Source: Raillietiella orientalis
Lineage: Eukaryota
Reading direction: 5' to 3'
Length of the DNA: 51,610 bases
Assembly (NCBI GenBank): GCA_036172245.1
Contig: JAYWIR010000107.1
Span: 124,001 to 175,610 of the forward strand
Shown: positions 35,601 through 47,027 of the stretch, piece after piece
Layout of the letters: every line of letters begins with the position of its first letter
Position numbering within the stretch: position 1 is the stretch's first letter
The notes under the pieces: model-generated
Told to the model about the DNA's origin: nothing
Databases searched by the model: none
What the model saw: only the letters and a program-made list of their open reading frames with translations
Made by a program: the position numbers and the translations under genes

Positions 35601-35905
35601 CTCCCCATGAAGTGGCAACAGTCGGCACTTTTGGTGTTGCATTGGGGTGTTCCCTGCAACGCACGCCGACACCACTGGACGCGAGAAGGTGTCATCCCCA
35701 ATTGTGTCAGGTGCGGGGAGAAGGATTACCTCCCCCACCTGTTAGTAAATTGTGTTGCTCTCCATCCCTTGTGATAACGCTTTGCCAAGACCCTGGTTAT
35801 CCCCGAAGGCAACTCCAGAGACGCTTTGCGCACCCTCTTCGTCCGTAACGCCCTACACCCGAGGCTTCGCTAGCAGCCCTGTGCTACCAACGCGAGGTCG
35901 TCCAT
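32641..35905 (+). mobile_element. Family F LINE ORF2 (APE-RT-zinc finger), resuming where 21205 stopped; 3' end deleted
   Basis: Begins TQQMERISGG; GDLN, SIDH, SDH, KTPGEDG, KAFD, YAGD, CVRCGEKDYLPHLLVNC. Confidence 0.85.
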
Positions 35906-36645
35906 GCTGCAGCGCGGGCGTGGAGTGCCGTCGTGTCGGCGCCATCGCCTGCAGCCGCGGCGGAATTATCTGCCTATGTAGAAGAGAAGTATACCCCATC
36001 GCTATTCTACAACGTAGGAAATTTGTATTCTTCTGAGAGTCCGCGCGCCCTTTCGCAGGGGATGCGCGCTCTCGATATTAAAGAGGAGTAGCGATGCGCG
36101 ATAACCATTCGTAGCGGGGGCAATGCGTAGAGGTTATCTGCAAACACGCAGATCAGGCCCAACATCTGCTCAAAACATCAGTGGTGATGCGGACACGCAG
36201 GCTCCTTCCCATTACGGCGGACCACAGTATGGGGGTCCACCTTTCAGGAGTTACCGCGCGGATGCGGAAAGAACAATTACGCGCCGCGTTGGGAAAAGAA
36301 GGCACGGACCATGCAGTATGGACCAAGCCTAAACCTTTCGAGGACTATTCTACAGTTCAGCGCGGCCTCACGGCTGCCCGTGTAACCGCACGAAAAAGCT
36401 CTACCCTGCCCCACAAACTGCTGGTCGGCAAAGAAAGCGTCTACCCCTGGTACGTGGGGAAGCCCAAATACTGTGGCTTCTGCAACACGTCGCAACACCT
36501 CAAAAAAAGGTGCCCCAACGTACAGTGCAGGTATGAGAGACAATAAGTCACTCGAGAGAAGTGTGCCCACAAACCGCTGTGAGCGTGGTTTCCGCGAGGA
36601 ACCTGAAGAAACGCGCGCGGCTGCTACAGAAAACGCTGGAAGCGA
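35906..36645 (+). mobile_element. C/F-type ORF1 fragment
   Basis: ARAWSAVVSAPSP..., WYVGKPKYCGFCNTSQHLKKRCP, NLKKRARLLQK; colinear with C ORF1. Confidence 0.85.
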
Positions 36646-37921
36646 TGCCACCCGGATACGCCGGGAAGTAGATTAAAAACATTTCTACAGTCAATACAGA
36701 ACGTGGTACAAGGCCATACTGACGACCACGAAATACCGGAACTGCCGGGACACCGGGAAGCAGCCCCGTGTGGCTCTCCTCGGCAGTGAAAGGGAATGAA
36801 GGAGAAAACAAAAATTAAATTAAAGGAGAAAAACAAACAACAAAAGGAGTTTGGTGGGCCGGGAAGAGATCACAGACATCTGCTAGGAGGGCCCATTCAT
36901 TGCAGGATGCCTTCGAGTTCCATTGTCATTTTTCCCAGATGGGACCATCGGGTAGCTATTCGGAGAAAGCGAATAGCATACTCGATGACGTCCCTCACGA
37001 TGTAATCTTCATCTTCGTCATCACACCAGGCCGCCACGATACCACGAATGCAGGACAGTGATGACAAAGATGCGGCTGGACTGAGGGCGTCCCGCACGAA
37101 GACAAGAATGTAAACGCATCTAACGATGCCATAATCCGGTAACCCAAAAGCCGTTTTAAGACCATCACAAAGAATCTGGACGACAGGGCAATTAACTAAA
37201 AGGTGAGGGATCGACTCCCGCACCCCACACCTTGCACACGCGGGATTTACACTTCCCCGCGTCCAGTGGAAGCGGCGCGCGTTGCAGGGTAGACCTCAAT
37301 GCAGCCACAGAAGCGCCAATTCTTGCCACTTCAGACGAAGAATCCTGGATCGAAGTAGAACCGGGGGCAACTTCAGATCATCCAATCGAATGCCGAGCAG
37401 CTCGCCCCATTTTCTTAATCCACGCGGCTGGAGACTAGGGCTCGTTGCATCTGTCAACTCTCCCATGGTCCAGCCGCTCATCATCTTCTCTCTGCCTGCG
37501 ATACGGCAGCAGACTTGCCACTTTCGCTTCCGGCTTTCCTGAAGCCCCCGTTGGAGAAAGGGCATCGCCGTAACAAGAGGAGTGCGTTCCGCCCACGTGC
37601 AACTCGGAGGAAATTTAAAAATTTCTCCCAGAGTTCGACAAGCGTAAAACCGGACTCGCAGGCAGTTCATGCGGTCTTCTTACCTCTGGTTCTGCTTGGC
37701 CTCGGTGCAAGCAGTCTCCTCCAGCCAAGCGGAGGAGTTGGTGGGGCCACAAACCAATCAGTCGTTCTCCTTTGCCAGAATTGTCATGCGGCCGAGCACT
37801 AGACCGCATCTTCGAATCTTCCGGCCAGGGCACAGAAGTAACGATGCGAGTCCTTCGCAGCGGGACACACGCTTAGCCAGGAGGCGGGTCGGAATGCACC
37901 AAGCGGTGCTCCACATCTTCG
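36646..37921 (-). mobile_element. Family D copy D2, 5'-truncated
   Basis: Colinear with 3392-4660, including 3' UTR and perfect terminal hairpin. Confidence 0.9.
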
Positions 37922-38916
37922 GTTGCAGACGTTCCGGTCGTTGCCGAAACGCCACCACCGCAGATGGACAACGACCAGCCGCCTCCCGAACAGGAGGCGG
38001 AAATACACACGCCACCATCATCACTAGTATGATGCGTGAAATCGCCTCTTTCCTGCAGCTGCGTATAGCCTGTTGGAATGATAGCGGGCTGCGTAGCAAA
38101 AGCAAGAGGCGTAGCGTGGCCGACACCCTGCGATCTTTCGATCTGGCACTTCTTCAACAGGTGCATGCCCTCAGAGCAGAGGACGTCCAGGAAATCGAGA
38201 GGCTCACAGGACGGAGGATACTTTGGCGTGGTGGAGGAGACCACTCCCGCGGAGTGGCCTTCCTGCTAAAGCCTGCCGTCGTCAATGCGGTGCGCAGTGC
38301 ACAGTTCGACGAGGAAGGTCGAGTCGGACAACTTGTCCTCAAGTGGTCCGAATCGATCGACCTCGTAGTTACGAACGTGTACGCGCCCTGCACCAGCCAC
38401 AGGCGCGCAGAACGCACTGCGTTCTTCGAAGCCCTGCGGCGAGACTGGCTGGCCGAAGCAGGCGTGCGGCGGGCGCATCTCATAGCGGGAGACATCAACG
38501 TCCGCCTGCTGTCGGAAGCGCCCGACATACGAGCACAATTGGTCAACGAGTTGTGTGCGGCTATGCACACACGCAATTTGTTGGCCGATGAAGCCGGGGC
38601 GAGAAGCAGAATCGACCACGTGTTCCTCGATAACCACTTGTGCACGCATGTTGCGTTCTCGAGGAGCAATTGCGTCGGAGCTGTCCGATCTCCCTCGGCT
38701 AGTGATCGACGTTCATCCGCGCGACAGAGGTCCACCCCACGAAGCGTGGCGCCTGCCAGGAGACTAGTTGCGTCTCGCAAGAGCGCGCGAACTTCTGCGC
38801 GTATTCCTACGTAGTTGTGAACTGCAGTCTCTCGCTGACTGGGACAAAATAAAACGCTCAGTCCGAGAGTTCTGTGACCAGTTTCCCCTCCATTAACTTC
38901 CTCCAGGTTTCGGCGA
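37922..38916 (+). mobile_element. Family A copy A3 (ORF1 end + APE), cut at the same linker site
   Basis: Near-identical to 2400-3391; ends GGTTTCGGCGA|. Confidence 0.92.
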
Positions 38917-40490
38917 TGCCACCCAAATACGCTAGTACGTTTATTAAAAACATTTCGACGCTCAATACAGAACGTGGTACAAGGCCCCACTGACGGCCAC
39001 GCGATACCGGAACTGCCGGGACACCGGGACGCAGCCCGGTGTGGCTCTCCTCGGCAGTGGAAGGGGATGGGAGAGAAAACAAAAATAAAATAAAAGAGAA
39101 AAACAAAATACAAAAAAAAGGTTGGAGGTCCGGGAAGGGATCACAGAAAACGGCTGGGAGCGCCCATCCTTTCCAGGATGCCTTCTAGTTCCATTTTCAG
39201 CTTTCCTAGATGGGGCCATCGGGTAGCTCTCTGCAGGAAGCCAGAAGCCTACTCGATGACGTCCCTCACGATGCAGTCTTCATCTTCGGTATCACTCCAG
39301 GCCGCCACGATACCACGAATGCAGCAAAGTTCTGCCAGGGCAGAGGCTGGACTGAAGGCGTCCCGCACGAAGACAAGACTGAAGACACATCCAACATTGC
39401 CACAATCCGGAGGGCCGTTTTCAGACGATCCCAAAGAATCTGGACGGCAGGGCATTCAACTAAGAGGTGGGGGAGCGACTCTCGCTCCCCACATCTGGCA
39501 CACGCATGATTTACTCTTCCCCGCGTCCAGTGGAAGCGGCGCGCGTTGCAGGGTAGACCCCAATGCAGCCACGGAAGCGCCGATTCTTGCCACTTCAAAG
39601 GAGGAATCCTGGATCCAAGTAGAACCGGGGGCCACTTCAAGTCATCCAATCGAATGCCGAGCAGCTCGCCTCATCTTCCTAATCCACGCGGCTGGAGACT
39701 AGGGGTCGTTGCATCTGTCAACTCTCCCATGGTCCAGCCGCTCATCATCTTCTCTCTGCCTGCGATACGGCAGCAGACTTGCCACCTTGGCTTCCGGCTT
39801 TCGTGAAGCGCCCTTTGGAGGAAGGGCATCGCCGTAACAAGGGTTGTGCCTTCCGCCCACGCGTTACTCGGTGGAAATTCAAGAATTTCACGGAGAGTTC
39901 GGCGGGCGAAAAAGCCGACTCGCAGGCAGTTCATCCGGTCTTCGCACCTCTGGTTCTGCTTGGCCAAGGTGCCAGCAGTCTCTTCCAGCCAAGCGGAGGA
40001 GTTGGCAGGTCCACAAACCATCCAGTCGTTCTCCTTTGCCAGAATTGTCATGCGGCCGAGCAGTAGACCGCATCTTCAAATCTTCCGGCCAGGGCACAGA
40101 AGAAACGATGCGAGTCCTTCGCAGCGGGACACAAGCCTGGCCAGGAGGCGGGCCGGAATGCACCAAGCGGTGCTCCACAACTTCGCTGCGATTGCGAGGG
40201 TACGCCATCGCAGCTGGATTTCCACGCGCTCCAGCGTCAGGATGCTGAGACCGCCGTCCCGACACTGAGCGCACAAGTCCTTCAAAGGGACTCGGGGCCT
40301 CCCCATGCCCCAAAGAGCTATACGGAGGAGGTCCTTCGTCCGCTTTTTTGATTCCACGGGGGCGGGGCAAACCAAAAGCAAAAGGCGGAGGATTGGGGCC
40401 GCGAAGGCGTTCCAAACCGCGGTTCCTTCCGGCAAGTGAAACTTGCCTTCCAGGAACCGGCCGATCGTCGTCTCGACTTTTTGGAGGCAG
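38917..40490 (-). mobile_element. Family D copy D3, 3' portion, fused to C3
   Basis: Colinear with 3392-4967. Confidence 0.9.
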
Positions 40491-43400
40491 GTACTTGAAG
40501 TACCTCACCGTGGGGATCCCCAAACGGACCCAGTCCTGCTGCCCTGTCCACGCCGCACAAACTGGCATCACGGACGACTTCGTCCTGTTCACCGTAAGTC
40601 CGGTTCCCCGATGCAGCAGGTCGAAGAACTCCTCGACCGCCGCAGCCGGGGTGGACATAGCGAGCAGCAGCAGAAGGTCGTGCGCGTATGCTGAAACGGC
40701 CGGCGTACCGGCACGGTCGTGCGGCAGGTGCGCCAGGGTTCCCCTGTACGCTCTCAGTACCAACTCAAAGTAGGTACAGAAGAGCAATGGGCTCAGGTTT
40801 CCCTGCCGGATCCCACGCCGCACCGGCACGACGTGCACCGTCTGCCCGCTGAAAGTAACACTGATGAGCGCGTGACGCCAGCAGGAGCGCAGATAGGCCA
40901 CTAATGAGGCCGGGAATCCCAAGCGTTCCAGAAGCTACAGAAGGAGATTCTGGTCGACGCAATCGAATGCTTTCTGCAAGTCGATTGCGACCGCAAGGGC
41001 TCCCTCCTTCACTCGACCATACAACCCCTTGCCGACGCACGCACCGGAATTCCGGCTGCGCACCAAGCTCCTTTCATGCTGGAGCTCTAGGCAGGTGGAA
41101 GCGTGGAACAGGTTCGCCTCCATGCTTCGCCCGGGAACAGCATATGTCTGTTCCGGGCTGATGAAGATGTTGGCAACCCGTCCCAGACGCTCTGCCCAAA
41201 CCTTGGCCACCAAGTTGGCGTCCGCATTCACTATTGTGATGGGACGCCAGTTGTTCATGCTCCTCAGATCTCCTCCCTTAGGGAGGAGCCGCACCTTTGC
41301 CGAACGAAACGTGGCGGGAACGTCACCTGTTTCGCGTATCAGCAAGGTGAGTTGCTGTACCAGGGGGGTAAGCTCAGCCGCGAAAGTTTGATAAAACTCC
41401 GCGGGCAGTCCGTCCTCCCCTGGAGCCTTTCGCCTCTTGACCTTTCCGATGGCCGAGAGGATCTCGTCCATCGTGAAAGGCTCGTCGAGGGTCTTTCTCT
41501 GCTCCTCCCCGATCGCTGGAGTGCCTTCCGCAAGCAGGAGTCGTGAGACGTTCCTCTCCGGAGGTGCCCTGGCATACAGGGAGGAGTAGTAACTCCGCAG
41601 CAGGCCGTGGATTTGGGCAGGTGCCGAGTGCTCCTGGCCCTGATCGTCCAGTAAGCTTGCCGATCCGGACTGCCAGGCTTGCCTCTCGGCTTCCGCTTTG
41701 TATTACGCCAGCCTGCGGATGTCGGGGGTCCTGGTGTAACGACGGGCCTGCAGGTAGGCTCGTTCGTTACGAACCCCGGTCCCAAAACCCGTAGGTAGGC
41801 GGTGCAGAGGAAACTGGTCGCAGAACTCCTAGACCGACCGCTTGAATCGGTCCCAATGCTGGAGTGTCCGCAGACTGAAGCTCCGTATGAACGTGCGGAG
41901 ATGTTCCGCCGCGTACGGGAGCTTCAGCCAGTCCCCTGGAAGACGCCACGCTGACGAGGGGGGACCCCTGTCGCGCGAATGGATCTCGAGGACTAGCGGG
42001 CGATGGTCGGACAGCTCGCACGGTAACTTGCCGCGCCTGCCCACGCGAGGGCACAGGTGCTCGTCAAAAAACACGTGGTCAATACTGTCTTTCATTCCCG
42101 GTGCACTGGCCAACAGATTACAGGTGTGCAACGCCATGCACACCTCGTTGACCAGGTCACGCTCGGGATTCTGCTCATCTGACTTCAGGCGAACGTTGAA
42201 ATCGCCTGCAACCAGATGGGCATTCCGCACGCCTGCGTCGGTCAGCCAGTCTCGCCGGAGGGCAAGGAAAAACTCTTTCCTCGCCCTCCTGTTCATCAGG
42301 TCCTTGCCGCTCGGTGCGTACACGTTCCTGACGATCAGATCGATCGAGTCGGCCACCTGAGAGTCAGCTGGCCGACACGACCGTGATCGTCGAACCGCAC
42401 GCCCCGACCCGCGGCCTCGACGGCTGGCCGAAGCAGGTAGGCGACACCGCAACTCTTCGCTCTCCCAAACCTGTACCATAGCCGCACTCCGGAGATCCGT
42501 TCGATCTCTTGCGCTTGTTCTGCAGAGATCACGTGGATCTCCTGCAGCAGCGCAAGGTCGTAGGACTCCAGAAGGGCGGCCATGTCTCGTCTCCTGCCGG
42601 CGTCTGTCATGCCGTTCACGTTCCAAACGGCGATGCGCACACGACGGAGGGAGGAGATTCCCGGCATTACTGCTGGGAAGATTAAGGTGTGGAGGAGCCC
42701 TCTTCTTGCGAGGCGGGCGGGATGTCCATGAAGGTTCCGGCCTTCTCAGGCAGCTGAGGCACCTGTTCGGACTATACCCCCTCCATCCCCTCCGTGTCCG
42801 TGCGTGGGAGTCTCTCGGGCGACGGGTCGCGAGAGTTTCCTACGCTCATGGCACCCTCGCTTGCGGAAGCCATCTCTTCCCCTTCGACGGGGGAGACGAG
42901 CTTCCTTGGCTTTGTGGACTTACGTCCAGCCTTCTTGCGCGGTGCCGTAGAAACGGAGGCTGCGCTTCCGGCCTCCACCTCAGGGTCGGAAGTGGGGGAC
43001 TCCTGAGGGGAGACCGGACGCCTTACGGCCTTCTTGCCAGCCTTGGAGGGTTCTGGCTGCAACGAGGCTGCCAGCTCCTCCGCGGCTCGCGCGAAGGCCA
43101 CGTAATCGATGGTGGTGTCGATGACGGACGCCGCCGCCGGCTCGATCCCCTCGCTGTGCACTGTGTCAACAGAGAGGAGGTCAACGGTTGCGGCGAGTTC
43201 TTTCCGGCAGCGTTCGGCAACATCGACAACGCGTTCGAGAACGACGCTGCACTCTTTAATTATCGCGCTACCCTGCTCTTTCTTCTTCTGTTGGACGGCG
43301 ATTTTCTTTTGCATCCTCCTCTCCTTCTTTGATTTTTTGGCTGTTGCCACTTGCCACTCAGTCTTTTGGCCGGCTCCCTCAACTTTTTCGGCGTTGGTCG

Positions 43401-44436
43401 CCGGGGTCTCGGGTGCGGCCTGGGTCTTGGGCGCGGGTGGCACAGCTTTCGCGGCAGCTTTCGCCGCCAGTCTTTTCTGCAGAAGCCGGGCACGTTTTTT
43501 AAGGTTTCTCTTGGAAACCACCCGCACTGCTGCTTTTGGGCACACCTCCCTCGTGTGACCCATTGTGCCGCATACTTGGCACTGCACTTTGGGACACCTC
43601 TTTTTGAGGTGGCCCGACGTATTGCAGAAGCCACAGTATTTCGGCTTCCCCACATACCAGAGGTCGACGGTTTCGCCTTCGACCACCAGTTTGTGGGGAA
43701 GAGTGCAGCCCTCCCGAACGGTCACGCGCGCAGCAGTAAGGCCGTGTTGCAGCCCCGTGTAGTCCTCGAAAACACTAACTTTCGTCCACTGCGCGTGGAC
43801 CGTTCCAAACTGTTCCAAAGCGACGCGAACCTGTTCTTTGCGCATTCGCGCGGTCACGCCTAACAGGTGGACCACCATGCTGTGGTCCGCCGTAGTGGGG
43901 AGAAGCCTGCGCGTCCCCATCACAACGGGGGTTTTAAGCAGTCGTTGGGCCAGCTCTGTATGTTTGCAGATGACCTCAACGTACTGACCCCCGTTGCGGA
44001 TGGTCATAGTGCTGAGCTCCTCCTCTTTCACAACGAGAGCGCGCATGCCCTTCAAGAAGGCGCGCGCGCTCTCTAAAGAATATAAATTGCCTACCTTGTA
44101 GAACAATGAGGGGTTGTACCCCTCCTCTACATAGGCCGACAGTTGCGCCGCGGCTGCAGGCGATGGCGCCGACACAACGGCGCTCCACGCCCGCGCTGCA
44201 GCGGAGACTCATTCTGGGGGGCGGATGCCCCCACCTCCATCGCTTCTAAGGGCGACGTTGCCGCCGCCCCCTGGCTCTCCATCGCCTCTGGGGGCGGCGT
44301 TGCCGCTGCCCCCTGGCCATCCCTGGTGGTCGTGTCAGGCATCGCTGCCTGATCGACCACCGAACCACACGACACTTGCACTGGGGGAGACTTCCTGGCA
44401 CGAGGAGCACCGAGAAAACACGTCCACCCTAGAGCG
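40491..44436 (-). mobile_element. Family C copy C3, 5' end to RT KYL motif
   Basis: Colinear with 11500-15438; same 5' terminus abutting the TSD. Confidence 0.92.
42667..44342 (-). pseudogene. C3 ORF1, best-preserved ORF1 in the window (467 aa open)
   Basis: ORF 42772..44175 with CGFCNTSGHLKKRCPKVQCQVCGTMGHTREVC; frameshift near the N-terminus, stop at 42772. Confidence 0.88.
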
Positions 44437-44450
44437 CACAAGGCGTTCGA
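44437..44450 (+). repeat. TSD copy 3 (CACAAGGCGTTCGA), continuing into host RT (HKAFDCVDQELL)
   Basis: Abuts the C3 5' end; restores the RT frame broken at 9879. Confidence 0.9.
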
Positions 44451-46505
44451 CTGTGTAGACCAGGAACTCCTCTTGGAGCTCCTGGGTCGCATAGGGTTTC
44501 CACTCTCCCTGATTTCCTACCTGCACTCTTGCTGTCGAAATGCGATAATTACCGTCTCTTTCAGCGGTCACAAGTTTCATGGCGTGCCGGTGCGACGGGG
44601 CATAAGGCAGGGAGATAGCCTCAGCCCCCTGCTCTTCAGAACCTACTTTGAGTTGGTGCTGTGAGCGTACAGGATGACTTTGGCCCCATTGCCGAGCTCG
44701 TGCCCCGGCACGCCTGCCGTAGCAACGTACGCCGAGGATCTTCTGCTCTTGTTGCCAATGTCCACCCCGGCAAAGGCGGTTGCAGACTTCTTCGAGCTGC
44801 TCAGCCGCGGGACCGGACTGCAGGTTAACAGGGCGAAGTGGTCGGTTGTGCCAATAGGTGCGGCGTTGGCAGGGCAGCGGGACTCGGTTTGTCTGGGGAT
44901 CCTTACGACGAGGTGCTTCAAGTACCTTGGAGTGCCGTTGGGGGACTACTCCCCTGCATAAGCGTGGTCCACCTGTCTCCAAAAAGTCGAGACGGCGATC
45001 GGCCAGTTCCTGGAAGGCAAGTTTCACTTGCCGGAACGGGCCGCGGTTTGGAACGCCTTCGCGGCCCCCATCCTCCGCCCCTTGCTTTTTGTTTGCCCCC
45101 CACCGTGGAATTCAAGAAGAGGACGAAGGATCCTCTCCGTATCGCCCTTTGGGGCAAGGGGAGGCCCCGAATCCCAATGAAGGACTTGTGCGCTCCGCGT
45201 CGGGACGGCGGTCTTGGCCCCCTGACGCTGGAGCGCGTGGAGAAGCAGCTGCGGTGGCGAACCCTGGCCATCGCAGCGAAGATGTGGAGCACCCCTTGGT
45301 GCACTCCGGCGCTCCTCCTGGCCAGCCGTGTGTCCGGTGCGATGGACTCGCGTCTTTTCTTCTAAGCCGTGGCCGGAAGATGCGAAGATGCGGCCTTCTG
45401 CCCGAGCGCATGGCAACATTGGCCAAGGAGAACAGCTGGATGGTTTGCTGCCCCGCCAACTCCCCCGCCTGGCTGGAGGAGAATATTGGAACGTGGGCAG
45501 TGGTTAACCAGAGAAACCACGAGACGTGCAATCGTCTCCGATGCAGCCCCTACGAACGCTGCACGCCGCGGAATCTCCTGGAGAGTCCAGCAAGATGCAG
45601 GTGGGCATAGACGACCTGCCTAGCTACGGCGCTGCCCTTCCTGAGGAGGGCACTTCACAGCAGCCGGACGACGTGGTGGCAAGTCTCCTGCTGCATCGAG
45701 GGACGGGAGAAGTTGATTAGCGGCTGGAAAACAGGAGAACTGGCCGACGCCACGACCCCGAGCGTCCAGCCGCGAGGGTTATTAAGATGGGGCGAGCTGC
45801 TCGCTATCCCCAGGGATGAGTTGAAGTGGCCCCCGGTGATGAAAGAATCCAGGATCCTGCTTCTCAAGTGGCAAGATTCGGCGTTGCTCCTGTTGCACTG
45901 GGGTCTACCCTGCAACGCGCGGCTTCCACTGGACGAGGGGAGCTGTGGATCCTGCGTGTGCCAGGTGCGAGGAGCGGGAGTCTCTCCCCCACTTTATTGC
46001 GGAGTGTGCTGCCCTATAGCCTCTTTGGGAACGGTTTGGGACGACCATCGGGCTCCCTGCGGGCAGCACTCCCAGAGAGGTTCTTCGGCCCCTCTTCGTG
46101 AAGGACGCACTGCAGCCCGCCGCAGCCATCGCAGCCTTGTGCTGCGTCCGTGGCATCGTGGCGGCATTGAGCGACGCCAACGACGAAGAAGTGGGTCCAC
46201 AGGCGAGAGATGTCGTCCCGTATGTCCAACGCTTCTTGCGAAGAGCTGCCGGATGGCCCCAATTGGGGAATATGCAGACTGAGCTCTAGGGCTTCTTTCG
46301 ACGGATGGGCCCTCCTCACAGCGACCAGTGATCCCTTCCCCGCCCTCCAACTTCTTTTTGTTTGTTTCTTTTTATTTTTCTTTTTGTCTTAACCCCATCC
46401 CCCTTCGCTGTCGGGGAGTGCCACGCCGGGCTGCGTCCCGGTGTCCCGACAGGTCGCGTGTTTACGGCCGTGGTGGGGCCTCGTACCACGCATGTAGAGT
46501 TTACA

Positions 46506-46536
46506 AATAAACGCTCCGGGCGTTCCCGGATGACAA
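46506..46536 (+). promoter_or_regulatory. AATAAA plus 3'-terminal stem-loop (representative copy); putative RT recognition or 3' processing signal
   Basis: TCCGGG-CGTT-CCCGGA; equivalents at every A, C, D and G 3' end. Confidence 0.65.
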
Positions 46537-47021
46537 CGCCGAATACCCGGGGCAGACGTTGCACAGGAAACTGTTCGCGGAACTCACGGACCGAGTCCTT
46601 AAATAGGTCACAATCCGCGAGACTCTGCAGGGTGACGCCTCGCAGGAATTCGTGAAGATGTTCTTTCGCTCCTGACAGGCTCGTCCAGTCCCCTGGCACA
46701 CGCCAATCCCTGGATGGCGGTCCCTTGTCGCGCGGCGCATCTCGAATAATAACCGGGAATGGTCCGACAGCGTCGATCCAACTGTCCTTCGTTTTCCGAC
46801 ACGTGTGCACAGGTCTTCGTCGAGGAAGACGTGGTCCACGCTGCTGACCATCGCGTGTATTTCTGTCAACAAGTTGGGCGCGCGCATGGCGGCGCAGAAC
46901 TCGTTGATCGCGTTCCTCTGTGCTCCGGGCTGATCTAAGAGCATGCGGACGTTGAAGTCCCCTGCTATCAAATGCGCCTTTCGCAAGTCCGCGTCCACCA
47001 GCCATTCGCGCTTCAAGGTTG
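46537..47021 (-). mobile_element. APE/linker fragment interpreted as the upstream part of D1 (5'-truncated)
   Basis: GDFN, SVDHVF, SDH, ...QFPVQRLPRVFG| which joins to |GFGEG.RNERAYL at 6330->6290. Confidence 0.78.
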
Positions 47022-47027
47022 TCGGCG

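Larger units (their letters stand above)
44437..46536 (+). mobile_element. Family B 3' part (RT from KAFD, zinc finger, 3' UTR, terminal hairpin)
   Basis: QGDSLSP, YAED, KYLG; stop ~46329-46331; AATAAACGCTCCGGGCGTTCCCGGATGACA. Confidence 0.9.

Noticed and set aside
39012..39058. Calling the 3' UTR structure a known ribozyme or tRNA-derived SINE
   Set aside because: I could not identify HDV or hammerhead catalytic cores or Pol III A/B boxes by eye.
9866..44450. Recurring 14-mer and hairpin as a CRISPR-like array or recombination sites
   Set aside because: Spacing is kilobases and each copy sits at a LINE end; TSD and 3' terminus explain them.
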